A model generated the notes under the pieces. That model had not been told where the DNA came from. It saw only the letters and a program-made list of their open reading frames with translations, and made no database searches. From contig JAFGSK010000029.1 in the NCBI GenBank assembly GCA_016934635.1, forward strand, positions 895 to 64,894: 64,000 bases of DNA, given 5' to 3'. Shown piece by piece: positions 24,524 through 34,006 of the stretch. Position 1 is the stretch's first letter. Each line of letters opens with the position of its first letter. Made by a program: the position numbers and the translations under genes. This DNA is from a candidate division WOR-3 bacterium. Its GTDB lineage: Bacteria > Hydrothermota > Tepidihabitantia > B3-TA06.

Positions 24524-27265
24524 CTATGATTTCTTCTTTCTTCTGACCAGTATCAGCGACAGCGCCACGACCAGTCCAATCAGCGCAAGCGAGACGAAGG
24601 TAATCCAGGTACCAGCATTCTGGTACGGGGAGGAGAAGCGGAATACTATCTCGTGCCTTCCGGATTCGAGGGGCAGTGCTCTCAAGGTGTAGTCCGCGCG
24701 GTAGACCTTGCGCTCGGAGCCGTCGACCCAGGCACGGTAGTAGGGATACCAGTTTTCAGAAAGTACAAGTACAGCCGGTTTTCCCAGGGTGGCGGTTATT
24801 TCAATCGAGTTAGGTTCGTATTTTGTAATGATTGCCTCCCCAGGTAAGGAGGTATCCGGGGATGACATCCAACCTTCTGGTTGTTCCTCAAGGATCACTG
24901 TTTGACGGGGATCAAAGTCAGGCTTCCTCATTCGTTCCAGGATAACCGAGCTGTCCGTGATAACTTCCACCTCGGTGCAGAGCCACGCCCTAGAGCAAGG
25001 GGCGAGGTTGCGGTATATAGTGAGACGCTGGTCTGAATATGCGGGTCGGAATGGGCTGCTTGTCGTATCCAGGATAAAGGCCATGTCGGCAAAGAACCTT
25101 CGTACATTCTCCCGATCCTGGGGTGAATAGAGCTCCATCTGGGAGGTGTCCGGGGGAGTGAGGCCGATGATGTACCGTACGTCGAGCATGGTCAGGAATT
25201 GCTGGTAGCGGAGGTTTACAGGGGTTCGGAACATGATGGTCTGCGGTGAACCGATAAACTCCTGGTATCTTTTAAGCTGGTTGCCGTGGTATCCGCCGAC
25301 CTCCTGGATGCCGTGGAGCATTAGGTAATCGTCGTTACGGTAGATGGGCGTTCCCAGCAACTGGAGATGGTATACCCGGTAAAGGTCTTTGTCCTGATCA
25401 AGGAAATTGACCACGTTATCCTTCCGGTACAGTTCTTCAGCCGAGATCGGATTGCCGTAGCCGTCTTTTACGATATTTACGAAATGCCGATCCACCAGCC
25501 AGAGGTCGGTGAAGACTACGGCGGCCATGAGTAAGGTCCAGAGAATCTTGAGCTTGGGCAGTCGTCCCCACAAGACAAGGATCAGTATTGTTCCGGCTAC
25601 GAAGGCCAACGCCAGCCAGAATCCGGTGCCGAGGTTCTTCATGTTCTGACCCATCCTGAAGCTGCGATCTGCAATCAGTTGCAGATAATAGATATCATTC
25701 TGACTGGGTAAATTACTTTGGCTGTAGCCTCTGCTCATTAAAGCGCTACTAAACAACTCTTGTTTTTTTGACTCTACGTCGTAAGGAGGATTGATTGCAA
25801 GTGAGACCATTCCTTTTCCGATCTCGGAACCTGCATCCTCAATAGTGGTCACTTGTTCGGTGATCTTTAACTGACGTTTCACTGAGTGTTGGATGGAGCC
25901 AACCATTCCCTTGGCGAAACCGGAAGGCGCGAGTGTTGACCAAAGGGCAAGGATTATAAGTAAGCCCCCGACCGAGCTTAAAATAATATTGCCCCAGGTT
26001 CTGAGAGGAGTTTTACTTTTACCCAGTGGTTTTGGATTATCGAGATAGGTCTGCAAACCGAGCATCGCGAGCACCACCGCTGAGAAGCTTACGGTAAAGA
26101 AGATCATGGCAGGTGCCCGGAAGCTCTTGAGCAGGGGGAAGATGTTGTAGGGGATGTGATAGAATGGTGTGTTGCCGCCCAAGGCCATTAACACGCCGAA
26201 TATCCCGAAACCTGCAAAGAACTTGGTCTCTCGTCTTTTCCAGGCCAGGATAATTCCGACTATCATGAGGGCAAGGATGATGATGCCGAAGTATTCCGCA
26301 TGCTGTTTAAAGGCGTTTGACCCCCAGTAATTGTTCAGTATTCCGGAAAAACGCGGATTAAATAGATCAACCAACTCCATCTTGGGTAGTGACCACTGGG
26401 TGTTCCACTCCCATCCTCTACCTCCTGCTCCACGGGGGGAGAATGCCAGGTAGCTTATGGAAGGCAGAAACTGGATCGCAGAGATTGCAAAACCCAGGGC
26501 AAGAGAGCCGAACGAAAGTCCCAGACTCTTTCCTGCATAGCCCCAGCGTTTGTCTCTAATCCCAAGTACGAGGAACTTGAATATAATATAGAAGGCCATG
26601 AGCATGAGCATGTAGTAGGTCATCTGCACGTGAGGGGAAAGCAGGGCCATACCGATAACCAGAGCCAGCAGGGCAAAGTAAATCAATTTTTTCTTCGTTT
26701 CAGGATCGAATGCCTTTTGGATCATGAACAGACCTGCAGGCAGAAGCGAGGCTACGATAACCTTTCCGTCGTGCCCTGCATCAACAAACGAGACGATTGC
26801 TCCTGTGAACATGTATGACAAAGCGCCGATCACAGAAACCAGGTTGCTAAGCTTTAGTGTACGCAGGAACCCGTAGGTGAATATACCGGCAGCAATGATC
26901 TGGAGTATGAACACCAACGCCATCACGGTACCTACAGGGAATATCATCCGCAGTAGCGCGGTAATGTAGAACACGTCGCCGTGCAGGGCGTCTACGTAGG
27001 GAAGCCCGCTGAAGATGTAGGGATTCCAGAGGGGAAACTCCCCGGTAGCCCTGATTGATTCTTTGGCGAAGGTTTTGAACATGTAACCTGAAATGAGCTG
27101 GTCAGACCCGTGAATAAGATGTCCCTTCATCAGGGTATTTATGAAGAGGACTAATACGAGTACCGAAAGACCAAGTAAAACCCAGCCCCATCCGATTTTG
27201 ATATCGGTCCGGACCTTATCTGTACTAACCGGTCTGACCGGTATTGTTTTTTTCTTCTTTACCAT
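24524..27265 (-). CDS. YfhO-family polytopic membrane protein (GT-C-like glycosyltransferase)
   Basis: 913 aa. About 12+ TM helices in the N-terminal two thirds, a large extracytoplasmic C-terminal domain and a final TM. Size and layout are typical of YfhO. Confidence 0.65.
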   Translation of the reverse strand: MVKKKKTIPVRPVSTDKVRTDIKIGWGWVLLGLSVLVLVLFINTLMKGHLIHGSDQLISGYMFKTFAKESIRATGEFPLWNPYIFSGLPYVDALHGDVFYITALLRMIFPVGTVMALVFILQIIAAGIFTYGFLRTLKLSNLVSVIGALSYMFTGAIVSFVDAGHDGKVIVASLLPAGLFMIQKAFDPETKKKLIYFALLALVIGMALLSPHVQMTYYMLMLMAFYIIFKFLVLGIRDKRWGYAGKSLGLSFGSLALGFAISAIQFLPSISYLAFSPRGAGGRGWEWNTQWSLPKMELVDLFNPRFSGILNNYWGSNAFKQHAEYFGIIILALMIVGIILAWKRRETKFFAGFGIFGVLMALGGNTPFYHIPYNIFPLLKSFRAPAMIFFTVSFSAVVLAMLGLQTYLDNPKPLGKSKTPLRTWGNIILSSVGGLLIILALWSTLAPSGFAKGMVGSIQHSVKRQLKITEQVTTIEDAGSEIGKGMVSLAINPPYDVESKKQELFSSALMSRGYSQSNLPSQNDIYYLQLIADRSFRMGQNMKNLGTGFWLALAFVAGTILILVLWGRLPKLKILWTLLMAAVVFTDLWLVDRHFVNIVKDGYGNPISAEELYRKDNVVNFLDQDKDLYRVYHLQLLGTPIYRNDDYLMLHGIQEVGGYHGNQLKRYQEFIGSPQTIMFRTPVNLRYQQFLTMLDVRYIIGLTPPDTSQMELYSPQDRENVRRFFADMAFILDTTSSPFRPAYSDQRLTIYRNLAPCSRAWLCTEVEVITDSSVILERMRKPDFDPRQTVILEEQPEGWMSSPDTSLPGEAIITKYEPNSIEITATLGKPAVLVLSENWYPYYRAWVDGSERKVYRADYTLRALPLESGRHEIVFRFSSPYQNAGTWITFVSLALIGLVVALSLILVRRKKKS

Positions 27266-28304
27266 CTTTTTTCCTCCTCAGGAAGATTAAGGAAATTGCC
27301 ACAAAAGTCAACTCTGCTGCAGTAAACCACAATCTCTGCCCGAAAGAAAGAGCCACCGCCACACCTTCTCCTACCAGACCACCCAGAACCAGGGCCAGAA
27401 GACCCTCTCGTACACCAAGCCCCCCGGGGACGAACACCGCCAATAACCCCACTATGTAGGCTGCAGCAAAACCGCCGGTTACAAGCACCCAGTCAGAAAG
27501 CCCCACCGTATGAACCGAGAACAGAAACAGCCAGAAGGCGGTTCCATAAAGTACCCAGCTTAAGAAATAGAGGATGAAGAAGGCAAGCAGCCCCGGATAT
27601 GAAAGACTGAACTGCACAGACGGGCGTTTGAATAATCTCAGCAACCAGTTGGTGAGCTTTTGCAGTATCCGCGGATGGATAAGAACCAACATCAACACAA
27701 CCGGCACAAGCACCCACCACAAGGATAGGCGCTCCCAACCGATACGTTCGAGTAGGGGGGTAAGAAGTCGCTCCTGCTCAACGAGAAAGGCGAGTAAGGT
27801 TACAAGCACTCCGGAAAGAACCGCGAGAAGCTGTGCTAAAATCGCTGCCCATACCCCGGCACCCGTGTGTACCCCCTCGCGTTTTCCCAGATAAACCATT
27901 CCAACGACCTGCCACACCTTTCCTGGGAGGTAGCGGCCCATGGCTGAGATGGAGAAGATGCGAAACGCGGCACCCAGGCCTATCTTCGACCCCAGGCGGT
28001 TTATGAGTCCCCGCCACAGTAAGATCATGTAAAACAAGGTGCCGCACAGGAGCGCAAAAGAAGCCGCCAGAAGCCATGGATTGAATCGCCAGTCGAAGGC
28101 TGTGACCTGCTGCCAGTTGCAAACAACCGAGCGTACTAGAAAGAAACCTATTGCCCCGATCACCGCAATCTGGATTACCCAGCGCAGAACCTTGAACCAG
28201 GTTTTAGTCTGTGGTTTATCTTCTGAAGCAGGTAATTTTTTTACGTTCGAGCCAGGTTCCTTCACCTGACTGTTCCCGTCCGCAGCTTGATCGATTTTCT
28301 TCAT
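27225..28304 (-). CDS. UPF0104 / lysyl-PG-synthase-TM-region-like flippase-type membrane protein
   Basis: Polytopic, with RYLPGKVWQVVGMVYL and VPGGLGVREG motifs characteristic of the family. Confidence 0.65.
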   Translation of the reverse strand: MKKIDQAADGNSQVKEPGSNVKKLPASEDKPQTKTWFKVLRWVIQIAVIGAIGFFLVRSVVCNWQQVTAFDWRFNPWLLAASFALLCGTLFYMILLWRGLINRLGSKIGLGAAFRIFSISAMGRYLPGKVWQVVGMVYLGKREGVHTGAGVWAAILAQLLAVLSGVLVTLLAFLVEQERLLTPLLERIGWERLSLWWVLVPVVLMLVLIHPRILQKLTNWLLRLFKRPSVQFSLSYPGLLAFFILYFLSWVLYGTAFWLFLFSVHTVGLSDWVLVTGGFAAAYIVGLLAVFVPGGLGVREGLLALVLGGLVGEGVAVALSFGQRLWFTAAELTFVAISLIFLRRKKDGKEEKNNTGQTG

Positions 28305-29474
28305 TTAACTATACAGTATTTGTCTGTAGATAGCGGTAAGTCGTTCGGCGGTGGGCAGGGCAAGGAAGCGTTGCCTGGCTTCTTCTTGACCCTGGCTGGC
28401 CAAGTTGAGGGAGTTTTGTTCATTATTATAAAGATTTTTAATTGCTTGAGCCAGCTCGTTAGCATCGTTCGGTTTTACCAGAATCCCTGTCTTCTGATCC
28501 CGGATGATTTCTCTCTGTCCGCCTGCATCTGCACCGACCGCCACAAGTCCGGCCAACTGAGCCTCCACCAACACCATACCGAAGCCTTCGGCTACCGAGG
28601 GAAGAACCATCACGCCTGCATCAAAGAGCACTCCAGGCAGATGATGATGAGGCAGTCTGCCCGCAAAACTCACCCTGTTAGCTATTTCCTCCCTTGCTGC
28701 AAGTGATTCGAGGTTAATCCGCTCCGGCCCGTCCCCGACAAGGGTTAAATCGAGATAGAGTCCTTCTCTTGCCAGTATCCCTAAAGCCCTTAGTAACACG
28801 TCGAAGCGTTTCTGCCGGGTCAGGTTGCCTACGGCAACGACATGTCTTTTCAGATGCCTGCGCGCTGATGACAGAAACATTCCTGAGGCAGGCATGGGCA
28901 GGACGTAGCGTATTATTCTCTCACCCGACAGATGCTCCAATTGTACTCCCAAATAATCCGATACCGGCAGGGCAAGGGTTACCTTGCTGAGCGCCCAGTT
29001 GGCAAGCAGGCCTCCGAAGGGCAGCGCTTTAAGTAACCGGATGTCAGTGCCGTGAAGGCTCAAAAGGAATGGCAAGTTGCGAGCGCTAAGGGCAACACGG
29101 CCAGCTATCCCTGCAGGGAGTAACCAGTGGGCATGGATTAGATCTATCTCATCGGCTTGAATAACCCTTTTAGTCATTTTGGTGAACGCCCGAATGAACC
29201 TGTTAAGTAAGGTGTACCCTTTCATGCCCCGTCTCAACGTATCGAGCATCCTGCCTTCGTAGGCTATTGTTTCCTCGGGTTCAGCAGAATACCGGAATCG
29301 GTAGATCGTGATATTTTTTCGTTCCTCACACTCAGACAAACCTGGGGCATGTGGACAGATTACGAAGGGCCTGAATTCGTCTTCCGGGAGTGCGCGAACC
29401 AACTCCTGGATGAACGCCCCGGAGTGATCTCCTTTGAATCTGGGATAGTTGTGGGTAAGAAAGAGAACCCGCAT
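28305..29474 (-). CDS. Glycosyltransferase family 4 (GT-B fold)
   Basis: N-terminus MRVLFLTHNYP...GDHSGAFIQEL. C-terminus has the E(x7)E-type motif PSVAEGFGMVLVEAQLAG. Confidence 0.8.
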   Translation of the reverse strand: MRVLFLTHNYPRFKGDHSGAFIQELVRALPEDEFRPFVICPHAPGLSECEERKNITIYRFRYSAEPEETIAYEGRMLDTLRRGMKGYTLLNRFIRAFTKMTKRVIQADEIDLIHAHWLLPAGIAGRVALSARNLPFLLSLHGTDIRLLKALPFGGLLANWALSKVTLALPVSDYLGVQLEHLSGERIIRYVLPMPASGMFLSSARRHLKRHVVAVGNLTRQKRFDVLLRALGILAREGLYLDLTLVGDGPERINLESLAAREEIANRVSFAGRLPHHHLPGVLFDAGVMVLPSVAEGFGMVLVEAQLAGLVAVGADAGGQREIIRDQKTGILVKPNDANELAQAIKNLYNNEQNSLNLASQGQEEARQRFLALPTAERLTAIYRQILYS

Positions 29475-29478
29475 CCGC

Positions 29479-30441
29479 TCAAGGCAGTTTCCTGCGCAGG
29501 GTTTCTATCTCCGCCCTGAGCTGAGCTATCTGTTCGGCAACGAAGCCTGCTATGACCAGTAACAGCCCAACCAGAACCAGAAGGATTACGAGAAACAGAA
29601 GAGACCGCAGCCCGGTTTTGGCAAAGATCAGGAAACCGAGGTATACCAGTCCGACCACAACCCCGGAAAAGACGCTTGCCCCGCCCAGGGTTCCGAACAG
29701 AAGCATCGGTTTACGTGAATAACGCAAGAGGAAGGATACCGATATGAGATCAAGAACCCCGATAGGTATGCGCCAGATTCCGAACTTGGAACGGCCGTGG
29801 ATCCGAGGCTTGAGAGTAACGTCGACCTCGGAGGTCCTCCAGCCGTCCGAAGCGGCAAGAACGACCAGGTAACGATGCCAGTCCTTTCTCAGGGCCATAT
29901 CCTTGACCACCTCGCGCCGGAACGCCTTGATTGAATTGAGGTCTTTTACCTTTACCTTGAGTAATAATCTTGACAGAAGGTTGTAGATCCCGGACACGAA
30001 GCGCTTGGAGTATCGGCCCACCTTTCTTCCGGTGACAAGATCGGTTTTGTCGGCAAGTATGGGTTGGACTAATTTAGAGATGTCGGAGACAAGAAACTGA
30101 AGGTCTGCAGGGAAAAAGACGAAGACCTCACCTCGGGCATTTGAAAATCCGGTTTCGAGGGCCCTGGTAATACCGCGATTAACGCGATGCCTAGCAACCT
30201 TCAGGAAGGGGTGTTTTTTTGCCTGCTCGGCAGCCGCCTCGTAGGTACGGTCAATGCTTCCGTCGTCTACAAGCAGAACCTCAAAGCTGAAAGGCGCCTT
30301 TTTTGCGAACCCGACGAACTCGGCGACCAGTGGTTGGATGTTTTCTTCCTCGTTGCATGCAGGTACTATGATAGAAACCTGGGGCTTCTTGGCTATTGCT
30401 CTCTTCACGGTAAAGTCTACCTTAACGGTACTGAAAGTCAA
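29479..30441 (-). CDS. Glycosyltransferase family 2, polyprenol-phosphate glycosyltransferase-like with C-terminal TM helices
   Basis: VSIIVPACNEEENI, LLVDDGSIDRT and FPADLQ motifs, with two C-terminal TM helices. The start is uncertain (TTG 30441 or GTG 30408). Confidence 0.8.
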   Translation of the reverse strand: MTFSTVKVDFTVKRAIAKKPQVSIIVPACNEEENIQPLVAEFVGFAKKAPFSFEVLLVDDGSIDRTYEAAAEQAKKHPFLKVARHRVNRGITRALETGFSNARGEVFVFFPADLQFLVSDISKLVQPILADKTDLVTGRKVGRYSKRFVSGIYNLLSRLLLKVKVKDLNSIKAFRREVVKDMALRKDWHRYLVVLAASDGWRTSEVDVTLKPRIHGRSKFGIWRIPIGVLDLISVSFLLRYSRKPMLLFGTLGGASVFSGVVVGLVYLGFLIFAKTGLRSLLFLVILLVLVGLLLVIAGFVAEQIAQLRAEIETLRRKLP

Positions 30442-30747
30442 GCCTCAAGATATATAGAGGCAGTCGTGCGTTGATTGTACCTCCTTACACTCTGTGTTCT
30501 CTATGGTTTTATCTTACAGGATAAATGCAGAGTTTACTTTTTTTATAACCGGAGTTCACTAAAGTGATATTCACCCTAGCAATTTATCCACCTACTCTCT
30601 TGGTAAGTTCCAGAAATGCGCCGCTTACTAAAAAAGATGAGGTTGGCACGGAACTTGCTTATAACAAACAAGAGGTTTATAGGTTCTTTGGAAAACCTGG
30701 AAATCATGGGTCCTGGAGAAGTACAAAAAAACTCTCCTGCAAGGGAC

Positions 30748-30775
30748 TTGACAAGCAAGATAAAAACTATATACT
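30748..30775 (+). promoter_or_regulatory. Promoter for paralog A with ~130-nt purine-rich leader
   Basis: TTGACA-N16-TATACT. Confidence 0.6.
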
Positions 30776-30914
30776 TAGCTGGCGAAAAAGAGTTGACGAA
30801 CTGCGAAAGGAGGTGAAACGCAGATAAAGGTTCACCAGAGGTGAAGATAAAAAAAAAGAAGTAAGACACCAAGACAAGATAAAAACCAAATCTTCCTTAA
30901 GGAGGAGAAACACA

Positions 30915-33900
30915 ATGAGTAAAAAGCTTATTGCGCTGGCTCTCATATTTGGGGTAGCCGGCGTCGTCTTTGCCGGCGGTACTGTCGGTTGGAACCAACT
31001 TCCGACCCCAGAAACCGGCTGGTATTGGGGCTACGATAACACAGAGCCCGGGCCTCCGTTTGAGAACCCGATCATTGACGCTCTGCCTGCCGCTAACGAG
31101 GCTGATATTCACGCTAATCCCAACGCATACATGCCTGATCGCTACAACGACCGCCCCTTCCAATATCAGACCTTCCCGGATTCCTTCTGGTTCTACGGTC
31201 ACTGGTACGACTATGACAACTACCTCTATATCTATCCTGACGGCCTTATTAGCTGGGATGACACTAAACCGGACGGAGCGAACCACCCGCCGACTGCTAT
31301 CCCGCCCTTCCCAGTTCAAGATGATCCAAACGAGCTGATTGCCCCGCTGTGGCAGGATAACGACCCCACCGCAGTAACCACCCCACCGGAAACAAACAGG
31401 ATATATTACATGCACCAGATAGGCCCGGGGATCAACCGCTTCATCGTACAATGGTATAATGTAGTGAGCTTTACCACCAACTCCAACACCTACAACTATG
31501 GCCTCATCCTCGACCTGGGCGGTCAGGATTACATGCGTTCAGATGAGTGCGACAATACCTTCTACTTCCGCTACGGCCACTTCTGCTACATAAGCGCTAC
31601 CGGCTGGACTCTCGACAACGGAGCCGCTGGTATTGAGGATGTCTCCGGTAATCATGGTTTTACCTATCACATGCCGAGTGATCCCCACATAGCAAACGGC
31701 CGTGTATGCCGCTTTGGCTACAAGCTGGTGCGCCAGCACGACGTTATACCTTGGGCCTTCATCTCTCCGGGCCGGATGGTGCTTCGTTACACCGATATCG
31801 AGCCCTGGGGAGTAGTTGGCAACTTCGGTAAAGAGTCGGAGACCTTCAACATCGTTCTGGATATCTACGACGATGATGATACCCGGGTATACCATCAGGT
31901 TGTTGCCGGCTATCATCTGGATTCCGACGACTACGATATCGTCAACTTCCCGTGCTGGATGCCTGAAGAGCTCTATGAAGAGGGTATCCACTACTATCGC
32001 AAGGAGTTGATCACTTCCCTGGACGGTGATCTTTGTAAGAACAATGACACCCTTGTGGAGATGAGCTACGTCCACTGCGACGACAGCCTCGGCTACGAGT
32101 GGGACTTCAACAACATATATACGGGTTACTGGTCCCCCAACTACTCTTTCGGCTTTTACGTTTTCGGAACCTCCTACCGCATGGACGGCGGCGTCCTTGT
32201 CAAGGGCGGACGCATCTTCATGGCCGATACCGACCCGATGAAGTCGGGCTACTATGGATACATTCTTACCGACCCGCCCAGACTGGACATTTGGGAATCC
32301 AACAACGGTTGCGGAATGCCTCGTCAGGACGGCAACGTCGGTTACGGCGTTTCACAAACCTATCAGGACGGCTGGAACTACGCAGGAATCCCCGGCAAGG
32401 TCGGTCCTCGTAAGACCGATCCTCCGGGCGGCCCTGGCCAGGATAAGATCATCGAGGATCTTGGCATCTACGCAGTCGCCAACATAAACGAAGGAAACAT
32501 CTGGGGCGCTGCAACCAGTTCCGGCGTAGGTACAGGTTCCGCCGGCACAGGCGGCTGGGTAAGCTGTCTGGCTCTTCTGGTAGCTCCTGAACCGACAACC
32601 TGCTACGGCGGAAGCCCCCTTCACCGCGGCGCTATCTGGCAAGTGAACCACAATCACGGCTGGTACAGCTGGTACCCCGGCTATTATAACGAAACCATGA
32701 TCGTCGAACTTACGGTTCACCTCGGGTTCAACCCCGAAAGCCCGCGGCCTCAGCCTCCCTGCTACTACGACTATCCTCATGACCTGACCATCTACCGCGT
32801 CAACAAGCCTGACCGCGAGTACGTGGAAGACGGCGACGAGACCACCGTCGAGCTGGCCCTTGGCAACATAGGTCGGCAGACGGAGCCTGACGAGACGTTC
32901 TTCCCGGTCAAGTTGTTCGTTGTTGACTACGACTCCCCGAGCAAGGATACCGTACATGCCGAAACTACCCAAATGACTCACATCGGCTGGTTCGGTGACG
33001 ACACCGATGGACCAGACACCACACTGGTACCGATGCTGCCCTGGACGCCTGAAGGCATCTGCAAGGATTGGGTAGTCGAGAACGGCGGTTGGGAGAATAA
33101 CCCGATCCCGAAAGAGTTAGTAGGCGTGCATTACGAGATGATAGGTCTGGTTCGCCTGGGCGAGGTAGGACCTGATCTTTCAGACCACTGCCCGTACAAC
33201 GACACCTGCCGTCTGTACATCACCTGCTTGCTCTCCCACGACGTGGGCGTGATCGACCTTACCAACGAAGAAGGCCACGAATGGGGTAACTCCTGGACAG
33301 ACCCCTATCCAGTCGGAACCGAGTTCACCTGTGTAGCCACGGTCGAGAACTTCGGCTACAATGAGGAACACGACGTTATCGTTGACCTCGAGGTCATGGA
33401 CGCCACTAAGGATCCCGACTCACTGGTATGGCACAACTCCCAGGAGATCACTTTCCTTGACTGGCGCGGCAACGACCTTGATAACCCCTACGTCGCAGAA
33501 GTTACCTTCCCGGTCTGGGAAACCCCGAGCACGGACTGGTTCAGGCTAGAGTGCCGTACAGAGCTGGTCGGTGACGACTGTCCGGATAACGACGAAGAGA
33601 CACGGCACATCAACATCGCCGTTGCCGAGACTCCGGTCGGTCTGCCCTTCGCGCTGGAAGCCATCAAGCCGAATCCGTTCGTTGGTTCGACCAAGGTTTC
33701 CTTCGCGTTGCCGCACACCACTAACGTCAGCCTGAAGGTCTACGACATCTCCGGTAAGCTGGTCGCCACCCTGGTGAACGGCACCGAGAAGCCGGGCCGT
33801 CACAGCGTTACGTGGAACGGCACAGACGATGCTGGTCGTACGGTAGCCCAGGGAATCTACCTGGTCCGTATGGAATCAGAGAGCTTCAGCGCTACCAAGA

Positions 33901-33917
33901 AGGTGGTGCTTTACTAG
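30915..33917 (+). CDS. T9SS cargo: NIDO-like N-terminal domain, CARDB-like repeats, CTD (paralog A)
   Basis: Has a signal peptide. FWFYGHWY...YIYPDGLISWDD...IAPLWQDNDP resembles the NIDO pattern. HDVG..L...V.NFG resembles CARDB segments. CTD reads KPNPFVGSTKVSFALP...GIYLVRM...KKVVLY. Confidence 0.75.
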   Translation: MSKKLIALALIFGVAGVVFAGGTVGWNQLPTPETGWYWGYDNTEPGPPFENPIIDALPAANEADIHANPNAYMPDRYNDRPFQYQTFPDSFWFYGHWYDYDNYLYIYPDGLISWDDTKPDGANHPPTAIPPFPVQDDPNELIAPLWQDNDPTAVTTPPETNRIYYMHQIGPGINRFIVQWYNVVSFTTNSNTYNYGLILDLGGQDYMRSDECDNTFYFRYGHFCYISATGWTLDNGAAGIEDVSGNHGFTYHMPSDPHIANGRVCRFGYKLVRQHDVIPWAFISPGRMVLRYTDIEPWGVVGNFGKESETFNIVLDIYDDDDTRVYHQVVAGYHLDSDDYDIVNFPCWMPEELYEEGIHYYRKELITSLDGDLCKNNDTLVEMSYVHCDDSLGYEWDFNNIYTGYWSPNYSFGFYVFGTSYRMDGGVLVKGGRIFMADTDPMKSGYYGYILTDPPRLDIWESNNGCGMPRQDGNVGYGVSQTYQDGWNYAGIPGKVGPRKTDPPGGPGQDKIIEDLGIYAVANINEGNIWGAATSSGVGTGSAGTGGWVSCLALLVAPEPTTCYGGSPLHRGAIWQVNHNHGWYSWYPGYYNETMIVELTVHLGFNPESPRPQPPCYYDYPHDLTIYRVNKPDREYVEDGDETTVELALGNIGRQTEPDETFFPVKLFVVDYDSPSKDTVHAETTQMTHIGWFGDDTDGPDTTLVPMLPWTPEGICKDWVVENGGWENNPIPKELVGVHYEMIGLVRLGEVGPDLSDHCPYNDTCRLYITCLLSHDVGVIDLTNEEGHEWGNSWTDPYPVGTEFTCVATVENFGYNEEHDVIVDLEVMDATKDPDSLVWHNSQEITFLDWRGNDLDNPYVAEVTFPVWETPSTDWFRLECRTELVGDDCPDNDEETRHINIAVAETPVGLPFALEAIKPNPFVGSTKVSFALPHTTNVSLKVYDISGKLVATLVNGTEKPGRHSVTWNGTDDAGRTVAQGIYLVRMESESFSATKKVVLY

Positions 33918-33941
33918 GCACTAAAGAAGAAGGACAGTAAA

Positions 33942-33974
33942 GCTTTGAGAGGGGCCCCAGGCTCCTCTCAAAGC
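33942..33974 (+). other. Hairpin between paralogs A and B (terminator homolog lacking a U-tract)
   Basis: GCTTTGAGAGG...CCTCTCAAAGC. The core GAGAGGGGCC..GGCTCCTCTC is homologous to the terminator stem at 37125. Confidence 0.4.
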
Positions 33975-34006
33975 GCCGGAAAATTGCTTTAAGGAGGAAA
34001 AAACCA

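Noticed and set aside
30564-30872. Overlapping 87-aa (+), 66-aa (+) and 98-aa (-) ORFs upstream of paralog A
   Set aside because: They lie in an A/G-rich leader/promoter region and give Lys/Arg- or Phe-rich low-complexity peptides. They have no SD and they span the predicted promoter at 30748.
31539-32981. Large antisense ORFs (178 and 209 aa) inside paralog A, with similar ones inside paralog B (36005..36556)
   Set aside because: They are antisense to long, motif-rich coding frames, have no RBS, and their composition is typical of reverse-frame translation of a GC-balanced gene.
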